DNA from: Phoronis australis | Taxonomy: Eukaryota; Animalia; Phoronida | DNA: 64,000 bases | Direction of reading: 5' to 3' | Assembly (NCBI GenBank): GCA_002633005.1 | Contig: NMRA01000063.1 | Span: 255,415-319,414 of the forward strand | In this document: positions 24,398-38,400 of the stretch, one piece after another | Layout: each line of letters opens with the position of its first letter | Position numbering within the stretch: the stretch's first letter is position 1 | Position numbers and translations under genes: made by a program | Notes under the pieces: generated by a model | The model's input: the letters and a program-made list of their open reading frames with translations, nothing else | What the model was told of the DNA's origin: nothing | Databases searched by the model: none

Positions 24398-24462
24398 GTA
24401 GAACGTACCTTGGCATGTTACCTGTTACTGAAGCTGACAGTCCGAAGACTAAAGGTCAAAAT
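24398..24462 (+). CDS. MTTP: MTTP-like exon (65 nt, phase 1 to 0)
   Basis: ttctcag|...|gtaagt; (G)RTYLGMLPVTEADSPKTKGQN; its phases join both neighbouring exons. Confidence 0.8.
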
Positions 24463-25181
24463 GTAAGTCTAAGTTGTTTTTCAGTTAAAGATCAATAAAA
24501 AGTGATTTTTGCTATCCTGAATGAAATATCACTGTACAATTCGTGTTTTAACTTTGCAATTTTGCCATGTACTGTTTCTCATTCTTAAGCTATGTTCAAA
24601 TCAACTAAACATGGTTGTAACTCTTTCTATAGTTGTAACTGTTATGCACTTGTTTCTGTTCATTCTGACTGTTAAAACTGTCTAACCCTAGTTCGTGTTA
24701 TCAGTCACTAGTTGTCACTGACATTGCTTCTTCCATTCACCCCAGTTAGTGCCTTGGTGTGTCGTTGTTTCCAGATTTGACAGCAGTGCCACCTACAGTG
24801 TTAAAACTTAAACAACTGCCTTGTCCCACTGTGTTACAATGGGTACAACCTCTCACTGAACCACTCTCGCAGAGGATTATAATTTTGTTACAGATATAGC
24901 TTTTAAAATCAAGTTTAAAATGTTTAGACTGATAGTTACAACATATCAATTTAAAAGTTACAGTTGCTTTGGTGACTGAGAACAGTACATTAAGGCAGAT
25001 GTGCTTATGTTCAAAATAGAACCGAGCATTGTTGACATAGAAACATGATATTAGATTCTTCAAACTTGCTATAATGTCATTGGAATCTGTTCAAGTATAA
25101 CTTCATCATTCAATATTGTAATTATTATTATTTTGCTCTGGATAGCAATTTTTGTGACCTTTCACTCATTTAAGTGAAACT

Positions 25182-27534
25182 CAGTGGCGGATCTACGTTT
25201 TCAGTAAGGAGGGGGTTTAGGATTTCCGCAAAGGTCGAATCCTAGGGGCATGGCGCCGAGCGGGGGGAGGTCGGGAGGGGTGGGGTTTCCCTCCTCCCGT
25301 GTAAGACATTCTTGTGTTTTTGTAGCCAAATATTGAGATTTCCATGCATCCTGGTAAGTTTCTGGCATATAACATGTCTGGAGTTTTTCTTAAGTTAATT
25401 TAAAACCCTTCTCGATTTCGTCACATGAACTTGGCTCAGTTGGCTCATAAGTTTCGTGAAACCATATTTTGCACATTTGGGTATGAGTCACTCCACCAGC
25501 AAAAATTTTTGCTGGAACATCTGCTTACACACACCTTTTTTAGCATACGAAAAGTCATATACGAAAAAGTGTGTTGTGTATACAGGGGTTTAGACAACTT
25601 CCAAATATTCAAGAGCATAAGGAGCACCGACGGGGCGTAAAGACTTGAATATCAGATGATCGCGTAAAAGCAGCCTCAAGTTGTTTAAAAACGAAGACCT
25701 GTACTGTTAGTCCGGAAATAAACATGTGTTCTGTCTCGTTATGAGAAAAACTGGCGAACGATGGTGCTCTCAGCTCATAGTCTATTATTAAAAGCGACAA
25801 TAAATAATTAAGTATTACTTTATTAAGCTGAATCACGTTGACAACAATTGAAAAACGTCAAATGTATCAGGAAACAAAACATCTGAAAAAAGGTTCACGA
25901 AACCAAAACATCCTATGCACAGTGGTGAAAAGATTTGCTCGACCAGTTTGTAGAGGGACCACATGTACACTGAGAGTACACAAAAGGCTGACCTGGTCCG
26001 TCACGAGACCTGTGCTTATTATCCCTATAAAAATAGTTGATCTGTCGCGGGACCAAACAGTACTGGCTGAGATAAATAGTTTTACAAAGCACACTTTGAT
26101 AAAAAAAATCACAAGACTAGTTCGCCGAGGGACCAGAAGTACACTGAAACTCAATATCTACACAAATCAAACTGGCCTGGTCCGTCGCGAGACCTAAAGT
26201 GTACTATGCAAAAAATTGAAAACTTCTCTCTAGACACTTTTTAATCCCCAGTGGTTACTCATACGTTAGTCCTATCCTTCTGTTGTCTAGACTGCCGAGG
26301 AATCTGTATATCGGATCCAATGGTTTGCTCGTCTTGGAACCATTCTACCCAGATGTCTTCGACGTTTGTTCCCAACGTTTGCACTTCGTCAACTGCTGTG
26401 TCAATGAGCTTGTAAGCCACTACAATGTCAGCATCTCGTTTCGCAGCTCAGTTGGCACTAGAACCCCTGAGGTTGCCAAGTCCATTCTAAAGACTTACAT
26501 GCGCAACTAAATTTGATTCGTTCATCATGGACTACTTCAAACCTTGACGATGTATCCCAGGACCTATTTGCACCTCTTGCAATTTTCGAAATAAACGTCC
26601 CAATGTCTGAACGCTTGAAACCCGAAGTACTAACATCAAATAAATGCCCATGGACATGAGCGTTTCATCAGGTGGTCCTTTCTGCGGAAATTCCCATTAT
26701 AGAAGACGGCAGTGTGCTTATTGCAGGTAGAAAGACGGTAGCTGTTGAGGTTGGAACTAGAGCTCCTTAGGAGGCCCACTGAACATTGCACAAGTCCCGC
26801 AAGACTTTGTTGTGAAAAAACAGCCTCCCTGCAATTTCTGGTACTGTACACTGTTCGCGAATACGGTCACTTTGTCAATGTGAGTGCCCCCTTGGTCATT
26901 CCTTGTGTAGACATAACTTGTTAGAGTGTATGTTCAAACGGACTCGCGACCTGACCACGGCGCCCGCCACAATAGCATTTCTTCGGAAAAAGAATTTTTC
27001 TCAAAAATATTACATGTACATGTACACTGTATGATATTGCGCAAGACTTTACTATACATCAGTCAAATTTGAGTTACAAACGTGTGGAGTGTAATAGAAT
27101 GACGCGGCATGACAGATGAGGTAAAAACGTTGCGTCAATTCGCCTGAATATCAGGGTTGCGGCACCACAGTATTTCCCCTAATCAAATCAAAACATATCT
27201 TAGAGTGAAGAAGCTAGTTACCTTAAGAAATCAGCTATTGAACTGCTCTTTCAGCGGTGGATCCATCTAAAATGCTTGGCTACTTCAGAACTGTCGACGG
27301 AAGGGTGCGCACAACTGATCTCCGCGCGTTTTGGCGATGAGCCACGAAGACTCAACAATTCCCAATGCAAAAAATTATATTTTCAGAGTGAACCTCTCCC
27401 TCAATTTACTTGGGGTTTACACACGCTGGTGGTGCCGTTTTTGTTTTGTTGGAGACGTTTTAGTTTTTTTTATTTTTGGGTCCTGGCCCAAGGGGGGGCT
27501 TAAACCCCCTGAACCCCCCGTAGATCCGCCACTG
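25182..27534. mobile_element. hAT-like non-autonomous element with a 5-bp TSD
   Basis: AAACT|CAGTGGCGGATCTACG ... CGTAGATCCGCCACTG|AAACT (perfect 16-bp TIR). Confidence 0.9.
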
Positions 27535-27600
27535 AAACTAAGTTATCATATTTTTTAAAACGTTACATTGTTATGTGCATTATAGCAATTGATTTTGCAG

Positions 27601-27761
27601 CTTAAAGATCTGGTTGCCAATAACATGAAAAATTTGAATGCCGACCAAGTTTCTTCACCTGCAGCTTCGGCAACATTCCTGAAGATGCTTCCATACTTCA
27701 GAACAGCTGACAAAAATACTTTGCTTCAAATTCTTAAGAGTGATGACAATATTGACATCCT
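27601..27761 (+). CDS. MTTP: MTTP-like exon (161 nt, phase 0 to 2)
   Basis: ttgcag|...|gtaagt; LKDLVANNMKNLNADQVSSPAASATFLKMLPYFRTADKNTLLQILKSDDNIDI (compare MTP FL....LRTA.KE.ILQILK). Confidence 0.92.
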
Positions 27762-27869
27762 GTAAGTAAATTGTTGTGTATTCAATTGAAATATTTAAAA
27801 ATCATTTTCATTGGCTTTGTATTACATGCAGTTTTGATTTCCGTGTCGTTACGCACTCACGCAGTGGAA

Positions 27870-28845
27870 TGCGTTATGCACCCGCGCTGTGGAATGAGTA
27901 TCCCAATTGACTGGTCGGCCAGTCGGGATACATCGGTGTCATTATCAGTTTGGCAGTGGCAAACCAATGTTTACTCAGTCCAGCTCTCTTATTGTCTGCT
28001 TCCATCTGAAAAGCTCAGGTAATCCATAATTATGTTGTAAACAGTGCGCCTGACGCTAACCGATATTTAAAAATACTATTTGCAAACGATGTTCAACAAG
28101 TGTCGTGAAGCAGATGTGCTTTGCATGAAATATTTTGCCAAAAAACTTTGAATGGAGAAAAACGGTTGACTGTCAGAGAAATTAGACTTAACTTTCACCT
28201 GTTGATTCCTTTGTGTGACTAAGCTCTGACCAGCTTAACCACAGTATTGTGTACCAACACAAAAGGCATGCAGGACAACTTTAATGGAGTGTGGTTTTAG
28301 ATTAGATCATGATAGTGAAATTTTTTGTTTCTTACATTCCATGAGAGTGGTACATAATGTGATTGCTCATAACTTTACATTACTGAAGTAAGGATAGTCA
28401 TGTAATGTGATAGCTGGTTATGCACCCACGCTGTGGAATGAGTATCCCAACTGCCTGGTCGGCCAGTTGGGATACAGTCTTGTTGTTATCTGTTTGACAG
28501 TGGCAAACCAATGTTTACATACTAGTCTGGCTTTCTTATTGTCAGCTTTCATTTGATGCTCACGTAATCCAGTAATTATGTTGTAAACAGCTTGCCTGAT
28601 GCTAACCGCTATTTAAAAATACTATTTGCTAATGACTTTCAACAAATGTCGTGAAGCAAATGTATTTTGTATGAAATACTTTCACCAAGAACTTTGAGTG
28701 GAGAAAAACAGTTGACTTTGAGAGAAATTAAGACCTAACTTTCACCTGGTTATTCCTTTGTGTGACTGTAAGCTCTGACCAGCTTAACCACAGTATTATG
28801 TACCAACGAGTGTAATTCTAGATTAGATTGTGATGGTGAAAATTT
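27870..28845 (+). repeat. Two tandem copies of a ~450-bp interspersed non-coding repeat (family R); further copies at ~32305-32712, ~61915-62250 and, split, on the minus strand at ~47605-57470
   Basis: Shared blocks CAGTGGCAAACCAATGTTTAC, TTAAAAATACTATTTGC and CAGCTTAACCACAGTATT. Confidence 0.8.
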
Positions 28846-28849
28846 CTTT

Positions 28850-28969
28850 TTACATAAGCTTCAAAAGTTATCCCCTGGATAAGTTTGATTGTTGCATGAC
28901 GTCAAGTGCATTGTTCAACAATCAAACTTATCCAGCAGATAACTTTTGAAGCTTTATGCAACTCAGCCC
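28850..28969. mobile_element. Small hairpin MITE (Harbinger-like; left terminus eroded)
   Basis: ~45-bp inverted arms AAGCTTCAAAAGTTATC..TGGATAAGTTTGATTGTTG and their complement. Confidence 0.6.
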
Positions 28970-29630
28970 TGGAGAATGGTATGTAGTGTCATACAGAATC
29001 AGTACTTTCCATCACTGGAGTGAGGATAGTCAATGGTCACCCCCTGGATAGTGATGTTGGGATCATAAGGCTAAACAGTCCTGAGAGACTGTAACAGAAA
29101 ACCACAGATCTTTTCGGCTGATTACATTTTATTGCCGGTGAAAGGGGTGGTTTGAAGATAAGAGGTGCCTGAAAAAATATGACTCGAGCATTTACATTTT
29201 CGCCCTTTTCAATGCCATGTAAAAGTTTAAGAATTTAATTCCCTATAAAAATCTGAACACAAACATTTTTTTCACTAATATCGATAAAGTTTTGGCTGAT
29301 ATCTTTCAAAAGCAGTCTGGCCAGCCTGGCAGAGTGGAGAAGTGTCTCAAAGATTACTACGTGGTAAAGCGGTTTCACTGTCAACAAAGAAAGATGTCAA
29401 AATTGCCTTACAGTTAACATTTTAAAACTAGTTCATGGTATACTATTGAGTAAACTTGTTCTAGTAAGTTTAGCAGTAAAATTGCAAATTTAATGAACGT
29501 GGTATAACCACAAGAACGTAACTGGCACAATATAGTGAGTAATTAGTCTTTCTAGTAGAGCAAGTGAAATTACAACTGAAATTGTGGCCATTTCAAAATG
29601 AAAGTGGGGGAAAAGTAAAGGGGGTAAATA

Positions 29631-31083
29631 CCGTATTCGCCATAATAACCGCCCATGCCCCTATAAGCCCCCCACGCGTTTTCAGACTTTTTTGCTAAAA
29701 TAAGCGCCCAGTCCATGAACGTGTATGTGCGAAAAATGCCTTACCTACAGTCCTAAAATTCTACAGTAACGTCTTCAATTTATCAATAATATCCGATAGT
29801 CCTGAAAAAAATCGTGCGCAGAATTTGGAGACCACGAGCCTCGCCTCTGTGTCGGTATTTAGCCATGACTATACACTTCAAACTTCCGCCATGCCTCAAA
29901 ACGAACACAAAAGTTCTGCTGATATTGCGAGGACCAGTGGTCTGGCCTTTCAGAACAGAAGTAGTGTACTTGTCTACCGGATTGCTTTGTAGATATTTCC
30001 CGCTTTCAACAGGAATCCAAATTTCTTTGAAGGCCTACACTTGAAAATCGCGAATCGAAGACTAATAAAAAGCTTGGCCAGTGTTAAAAGGAAGCGCACC
30101 CTACATACATGAACCTGTCATCAAAAACATTAGTCGGGAACTATCTATTCATGGAACTGGTAGCATAGCATCGGCATGAAATGAATGTTGGCATTAATTT
30201 TTGACAGTTTCTAATACTGTAAAAATGTTTGCGTTATTTTTAAGATGAATTGTTTGATTAACCACAATTGGTGTTTTTAAGCCAAATATCTAATAAAAGG
30301 ACCATTCACAGTGAATGCTTACACACCCTTACACCGAAGAATAACTGTCAGATAGTCACGTATGTCGATCGTTTTTAGCACATGAGACCAGCAAGTGCTG
30401 AATGAAAAACGCTCTGGTTTAGGCCTACTGCTTGTGCAAATTTCTTTAGATACAATGCACATCTAGCTCGTTACATTGCGTGGCTCCGTCCAAAAGATGG
30501 TGTCTGCTCTGGCAAATGAACTCTGGTGACATGCACTCGATCGCTTACTCAAAACGCAGACAACTTCAAAACAAACGTCACGTGACAACAACATGTGTGT
30601 TTGTTTAGACATTTTTCTCATGTTGCCGATCATACATGTAGATGTCACGATGTAGCACAGATTTGTACTTAAACCTGCCGTGATCGCGACTCCACTGGAA
30701 CTTAAAAATCTTAGGGACGCTACTTGGAAAACTTAAGGAGGATTTCAGGTAATTTATTTGAGTCAAAACTATTTTTATTTTTAGTTGCCATATCGACGAT
30801 TGCGAGGCAGGCAGTCAGCGAGTTTTCGCCCTGGGATTTCAGCACAATTTTCTGTAAAATGATCGTAATTTGGCAGCAAAATTTGATAGCAATGCACCAC
30901 GGTTTTGTAGAAAGTCTTTCATAGATTACAGATACGTCACAGAGCGTAAATATGATGAATCTTAGCTTCCGATTTCACCCGTTTCGGAGACAGGGTTTCA
31001 ACGGCCTTGGGTTATAATAAGCGCCCCCGCCCCCTGAAATGAACTTTTTTAAGTGCCCTGGGCGGTTATTACAGCGAATACGG
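29631..31083. mobile_element. Tc1/pogo-like MITE with TA TSD
   Basis: TA|CCGTATTCGCCATAATAACCGCCC ... GGGCGGTTATTACAGCGAATACGG|TA; a related fragment lies at ~50061-50345 on the minus strand. Confidence 0.8.
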
Positions 31084-31734
31084 TATTTGCTCTTTATTTT
31101 AATGTTGTCCATTGTGAACACAGCTCCGAAAATCGCGCACCATCGTTGCGCACAAGGCATTAGGACTTAAGGTCTCTCGAAACAAATTGACATTTGGATG
31201 GTTTATAAGAGCATAATTCTTTATTTCTCCTGTGAGTCTGCACCAATGTAATAAATGAGAGTTGTTCTGCTTTCTGTATCAGCTGTAGGTATCATGATCT
31301 CTTTTATAATCCATAAGGTGTGACTGGACAAAGACTTCAAATTAGTGATAAGCCAGTGGAGCATGAGACCCCTGAGGTCCCTGTCATGTTCTCACAGCAA
31401 TATTCCACCTTATGATTCTGACAACACCAGTTGATATGAGGACAATGTCCCAGTCAAACAAAAGAGAGATTATCACTTTGCTATTCAAGGTCCCATGCTA
31501 TTCAAGGCTCTGTGCATCCAAGGGAGAGAACAGTGGTTGTTTATGGTATTCCTGTAATGAACTATTGCAAGTTTTAAGCACAGTGCAACTTGCCATTACG
31601 AAGACATACGCTTTAGACCAAATATGTTGTTCAGTGTCCAGTTTGACCAAATAAGCGTTTTGTTAATATTTTTCTGAAAGTGTACACTGAAATGTTTAAC
31701 ATCAAAATATTTTTGTGTAAATCATTGCCATGGA

Positions 31735-32304
31735 TGCAGCTAGTGCAGGCTGAATGCATCAGTGACATTACACACCAGTGCTGTGCAGGCTCAATGCATC
31801 AGTGACGTTACGCACCAGTGCTGTGCAGGCTGAATGCATCAGTGACGTTACACACCAGCGCTGTGCAGGCTGAATGCATCAGTGACGTTACACACCAGCG
31901 CTGTGCAGGCTGAATGCATCAGTGTCGTTACACACCAGCGCTGTGCAGGCTGAATGCATCAGTGACGTTACGCACCAGCGCTGTGCAGGCTGAATGCATC
32001 AGTGACGTTACGCACCAGCGCTGTGCAGGCTGAATGCATCAGTGACGTTACGCACCAGTGCTGTGCAGGCTGAATGCATCAGTGACGTTACGCACCAGTG
32101 CTGTGCAGGCTTAATGCATCAGTGACGTTACACACCAATGCTGTGCAGGCTTAATGCATCAGTGACGTTACACACCAGCGCTGTGCAGGCTGAATGCATC
32201 AGTGACGTTACGCACCAGTGCTGTGCACGCTCAATGCATCAGTGACGTTACATACCAATGCTGTGTAGGCTGAATGCATCAGTGACGTTACGCACCAGCG
32301 CTGT
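31735..32304. repeat. 40-bp tandem repeat, ~14 copies
   Basis: GCTGTGCAGGCTGAATGCATCAGTGACGTTACRCACCAGY. Confidence 0.95.
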
Positions 32305-32966
32305 CATTGACAGTGGCAAACCAATGTTTACACAGTCTAGCTGTCTTATTTTGTGCTTTGGTCTGATAAGGTCACGTAATCCAGCAATTATGTTGTAAAC
32401 AGTGCCCCTGGGGCTAACCGATATTTAAAAATACTATTTGCAAACCACTTTCAACAAATGCGGTGAAGAAGATGTGTTTTGTATGAAATACTTTTACGAA
32501 AAAGCTTCGAATGGAAAAAAATTTCAGAGAAATTACACTTAACTTTCACCTGTTGATTCCTTTGTGTGACTATAAGCTCTGACCAGCTTAACCACAGTAT
32601 TGTGTACCAACACAAAAGGCTTGCTGGACAAGTTTAATGGAGCGTGATTCTACACTAGATTGTCATAGTGGAAATTCCTTGATTTTTACACTCCAGCAGA
32701 GTGGTACATAATGAGGAATGTTTTTTGCTCAAGTCATTTGAACATGACAGCAAGGCTGTGGTTATTTAGTGGCTTCATCGCAAGGAATTGTGTAAAAATA
32801 ATATAAAATCCTGTAATTGACACTGAATTCATCGTCATCCTGTGATGCCAGCTCTTTCGCAACCAATTGCACCAGAACAGAAATTGCATAGGGACACAAG
32901 AAAATAAAATAAGTATAAAATCATGCTGAGCTTCCAAAACAAATAAGGAGGAGATATTGACACTAA

Positions 32967-33642
32967 AGACCCTTTCCTATACAGTTAACTTTGCTACTAC
33001 CTTAGGTTCGATGTTAATTGTGGGTAACTGCGAAGTTAAGCGTTAGTGTTCCCATCACCTTCAGTGTTGATCAGTGAAGTTATCACAAGCCGGCGCTAAT
33101 AATGATGACCTTGCTGTTTTGGCAGTGCTTGTCATCAAAAATGGCAAGGACCCTCACTCTCCCCAGGTGGAAACTAGGATGTCAACTTCACAAGGTAGCC
33201 AGCAGTTGCCATGTTGGACAATGACGATGTACTAGAAAATGACATATTAAAAAATTTGTCTCTTGAGCAGGCTAAGAGCTGATCCAAACGAAGGTGGTAT
33301 GGCATTGTGGGAACTCGTTTTGCATACACTACACGTTCAGTGATTTCTTTAATGTATAGAATCCAGGAAATACATAGATAAATTAATACAGAATGCTTAT
33401 ACTGCCAAAATAATAATTGTTAAACCAAAATATTAACAAATAGTACCCAGTGACCTATAACTTCGATGTTATGGAAGTTAAGTGTTAACTTTGTAGTGAA
33501 GCGTCGATGATTCCCTGTTAAGTCCGCCTCTTTACTTTGGAGTTAACTTGCGCTGTTAACTTCGATTCAAGACCGAAGTTAAGTGTTCCCATTGACGGAA
33601 GCTTTGGCAACACCGAATCTTTGGAGCCAGTGGGAAAGACAC
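32967..33642 (-). mobile_element. Harbinger-like MITE; diverged reverse copy of 62253-62907
   Basis: Ends AGACCCTTTCCTATACAGTT / CCAGTGGGAAAGAC; internal similarity to the 62.3-62.9 kb copy. Confidence 0.6.
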
Positions 33643-33675
33643 AAGATGAAGTGATAAGATTGGTATAGAAGAATA

Positions 33676-35389
33676 CTGTAAACGTTCGGGTTAATGCCCT
33701 GGGCGGTTAAATTGGCAAACTCAAAAATCGGGGGTGGGCAGTTAACCAGACATGGGCGCTTAAACGTGAAATTTCAAGAAATCCAGGGTGGGCGGTTAAC
33801 TGAACATGGGCGCTTATTACGACACACAACCGCCCTGGGCGGTTAATCTTACCTCATGATCAGAGTATTACACGACACACGTACTCGGAACGCGCAGAAC
33901 TACAAAGAGCTTTATCGTCAAGTCGCCAAATGCCGCTAAAAGTGTCATAACAGTGGACGATCCCAAGAAATGTTCTCTTGCCCACAGATTAGTCAATCGT
34001 AATTAAATTTAAAAAAATTGGTGAGTAATAGCCCTGTGCTGTCCTGCGATCTTATGGGAGCTGTAGTGCGCAGACGACCAGTAACAATAACTTGGATTGC
34101 AACTATTCTCACGCGATGACAGTTTAGTGCAGATGCGAGCTTCACGTGTTGCAGAGGTGACAGCAGACATCAAATTTATGGTGCCTGCTGTCAAACTCCG
34201 AGTCAAAGACCAGTTTTAAAATGAATGATGTAATAAAAGTTTGGGATGTTTATGTTGGAGATTAGATTACATTAGATTAGACTCTGTGAGTCATTTTCAA
34301 CATATGGTGCGGCTAGCTATTTTATCTCGACCGCGCGGTGTTGCCCACTTCCAATTGCATCAAACATGCCACGCAAAGAAGATGAGAATCGGGGGTAAGC
34401 GGACATGAGCCAGTGGTCAATCAAAAGTTACTGCAAAGGCATTACTCAAAAACAAGCATTTGCTTAAGATTTTATTTTAAAATTACTAACATTATGACTG
34501 GGGATGAGTCTAGTGAGTGCGTACAGGAGAATCCGCGGAAAAAAATTACCAGTTTGTACACGTATCTGCATTGGTAAAAAATTGTAGATGTAGCCCCAAT
34601 TCTTCGGGTAACCGGCATCCGTGGTTTGCGCGGCTATACGACTAAATTAGTGAAGAGCTTCAACCAGCAACGCGTCCTTTCCGAGTCAGTGTTTTGCAAC
34701 CGAGACTCCGCGCTCGGCATAACGAACTGCAGGTCGCATTGGCGACATGAAATTTGGAAATGCGAGCCGAGATTATAGACATCTTGTACCTGCCACCGGG
34801 AAATTCCAACCTACGCGAGCCGTTTTTTTTGGGTAAAATAGATAGGCCTACCTGGCAAACATAAAGCAACTCGAAAACACATTTATTTGATACGCAATAT
34901 GTACAGATTCCTACGGCAATATCGCACTGCGGCACTGGTCGGTTACGCTGTTTGCACGCAATATGCCGTCAGTAGACTTGGAAATGCCGTCAAATAATTT
35001 AACAGCCTCTTTCAATATGGGTCTTATTTTATGTGACAAAAGACAGCGGCTGTATTCAGCACGCGCGTACATATGAGTCACCTGTCAATCACATAATATT
35101 ATGTTGTTTTCAAGGTAACATGCCCTCCAGAGTGTGGGAACTTGCACGCGTGAGTACCACTTCAGAGATCACACATCAAAAGAGAACAGCGACATCCCTA
35201 CATACAGGAGTACACCGGCGTGACTTTGTACTTTTAAGCTGTTGTTACAAAAAAAAACGTGTTTCCAAGGACCCAAAACTACAATGTCAAGTCTGTTCCA
35301 ATATTTCCCGGCTCGATGATCCCTGGACCCGATGTTCCATGCCCGTAGTTAAATGCGTGCACGTCATTACCTCTGCCGCCAATTTACGG
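33676..35389 (+). mobile_element. pogo/Tc1-like non-autonomous element (family P), deletion derivative
   Basis: TA|CTGTAAACGTTCGGGTTAA ... TTTACGG|TA; inverted homolog of ~37110-38887. Confidence 0.75.
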
Positions 35390-35405
35390 TAATTACACAG
35401 AACTA

Positions 35406-38400
35406 CCGTAAACGTTCGAGTTAATGCTCATGCTCAGTTAACTGCCCATCCCCTACTTTAGGTGGATTTTCGATTTAACCGCCCATTGCTCGGTTTACCG
35501 CCCATCTGCGATTTTTTAAGATTTCCAGTTAAGCGCCCACCTCTCGGTTAAGCGCCCATCCCCGACTTTTAAAGATTGAAGATTTAGTGCTCAGTGCTAC
35601 GCAAACGCGCGATTCCCCGAATTTTAGATCGATGATCACAACTAGAGTGCAACGACGGCCTCCGAGCCGGCGGTTTGGCAATGTGAATTATAATACAAGT
35701 AACTAATTCTTGTCTTGGGTCATGGATTTACTTCAAAATATAATACTTGAACGTTTTGTCACTTTATTTTCTTCCCATGTTCGCAAAGTTTAAGAAACCC
35801 GCCGGCTTCTATGCCTCCGCTTTTACGGACGCGATCTGCCACGCTGAGTTTCTGTCTGCAGTGCACTAGATAAAACTTATATTCGAAAAAGATCGGGCCA
35901 GAGAAATGTGAGTCAGAATTAATATTGATTAAGTAATTAGTAAGAATAGATCCATTCTAAGTTGCCCAAAATTTGTACATATTTACTTTTATATCATGGG
36001 GTCAGACTTGTTGACATGTATTTTAACGTCAAAATCTATTTTTAGATGGTGTTTACAACTTTGGGTTCTGGGGTCAAAGTACTCTAGAGATTCTAGAATA
36101 TTCTGAGAACAAATTGTAACAGCCAATAATACGAGTGGATATGATCATGTGGTTTTTGTTAGCCAATCACTAAATAAGTAGAATGTTATATTATGGGCTG
36201 AAATCAACAAGATAATTAGATGCACTATAGTAGTTGAAGCATAAAGACTTGCTATGGTGTACAGAAGCAATTGTACGACAGAGCCATCTCGTGGAAGGTT
36301 CTAGAAAGGATCTTGGCAAGGGCAAGGGTTAACGAACAGGAAGTTAACTAAGAGCTTGTCACTTGCATTGTGGGTAGTAAGATACTACCTGAAGTGTTGC
36401 GTCGTCAGCCAGAGACTGTGACCAGCAAGAAGAATAGCGGGAAGAAGAAATTGCCTGCAAGTGTTGCATCACCAGAGACGGTGACCAGCAAGTACACTGT
36501 CGCTATACAGTGTGTGTAGTTCGAAGATTCACCAACAGGACAGACATCCAACAAGTGGAGAGTCCTAGCTCAGATAGCAGATAAGACATTTGATCGTTTT
36601 GGTTGTTTGATTAAAGTAATCTTTAAAGAGGGCGCTAGCGTAGTTACTCTTTGTAGTTGATTACTTAATTTACAATAGGTTTCATTTGTCTAATAAGGGG
36701 TTATCATATAGTAAATTAATTACTGGATTTGATTATTCACTCTCCATCTACGCACAATCTGAAAGCATAGCTACCTTTTAAAGAAACCCACAGTCAATCG
36801 TCTGACAATGTGACACTGGTTTTGCCAACTCTTCCAATTTGCTTTTGGTAGGAAGCTCTCGTATTTTGAAGAATTTCCATAACTCACGGAAAGATTTCAA
36901 ATTCTCCCTATTTTGATGAGTGGAATTACCAGGTTATCGAGGATGTGTAGCAACCAAACGGACAATGTACCCTGCTGGCCGTTTTGCTGTCTCTCGATTT
37001 CTGAATTCAAAGGTTGGCAATACGTTTCTAGATGTTTGTGTATCATCTTGAAGAAATAAAAAACTGCAAGTCAAATTTTGTTTTTCGCTTATTGCATCTC
37101 GGACAGACAGCGGTAATAACGTGCACGCAGATAGCTACGGGCATGGAACATCGGGTCCAGGGATCATGGAGCTGGGAAATATTGGAACAGTCTTGACATC
37201 GTTGTTTTGGGTCATTGGACTGGAGGAATATCGTAAAACACTGGGTTTTTTGTAACAACAGCTTAAAAGTACAGTCGCGCCGGTGTATTCCTTTACCGTT
37301 GTAGGGCTGTCGCTGTTTTCTTTTGATGTGCGATCTCTGAAGTGGTACGCTTGTAATTTCCCACACTCTGGAGTGCATGTTACCTTGACAACAACATGTG
37401 ATTGACATGTGACTCATACGTACGCGCGTGCTGAATCCAGCTGCTGCCACATATAACAAGACCATATTGAAAGAGGCTGTTAAATTACTTGACAGCATTT
37501 CCAAGTCTAGTGATGGCATATTGCGCGCAAACCGCGGGACCGACCAGTGCCGCAGTGCGATATTGCCGTAGGTGATAGTATAATAGGATAATCTGTACAT
37601 ATTGCGTGTAAAATAAATGTGTTTTTCGAGTTGCTTTATGTTTGCCAGGTAGGCCTACCAATTTTACCCCCCCCATAAAAACGGCTCGCGTAAGTTGGAA
37701 TTTCCTGGTGGCAGGTACAAGACGTCTATAATCTCGGCTCGCATGTCCAAATTTCATGTCGCCAATGCGACCTGCAGTTCGTTATGCCGAGTGCGGAGTC
37801 TCGGTTGCATAACACTGACTCAGAAAGGTAGCGTTGCTGGTTGAAGCTCTTCACTAATTTAGTTGTATAGCCGCGCAAACTACGGATGCTGGTTACCCAA
37901 AGAATTGGGCTACATCTACGAATTGTTTTTTACCGACACAGATATGTGTACGAACTGGTAATTTTTTCCTCGGACTCTACTGTACGCGCTCACTAGACTC
38001 ATCCCCAGTCATAGTGTTACTAATTTTAAAATAAAATCTTAAGCAAATGCTTGTTTTTGAGTAATGCCATTGCGGTAACTTTTGCTTGACGACTGGCTCA
38101 TGTCCGCTTACCCCCAATTCTCATCTTTGCGTGGCATGTTTCACGCAATTGGAAGTCGGCAACGCCGGGCGCTCGAGATAAAACAGCTAGCCGCAGAGCC
38201 ATACGTTGAAAATGAGTCACAGAGTCTAATCTACTAATCTAATCTACCGGTAATCTAATCTCCAACATAAACATTCCAAAAATAAAAAACACATGAATTT
38301 GTTTTTCAAACTTTTATTACATCATTAATTTTAAAACTGGTCTTTGACTCGGAACTTAACAGCTAGCATCATAAATTTGATTTCTGCTGTGACCTCTGCA

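Noticed and set aside
26270-26900. Coding-like composition inside the 25182-27534 element
   Set aside because: All frames I checked are interrupted and I recognise no domain.
31735-32304. Regular repeat arrays as possible CRISPR arrays (also 7800-8113 and 46007-46278)
   Set aside because: Contiguous units with no unique spacers, no cas genes, and a eukaryotic context.
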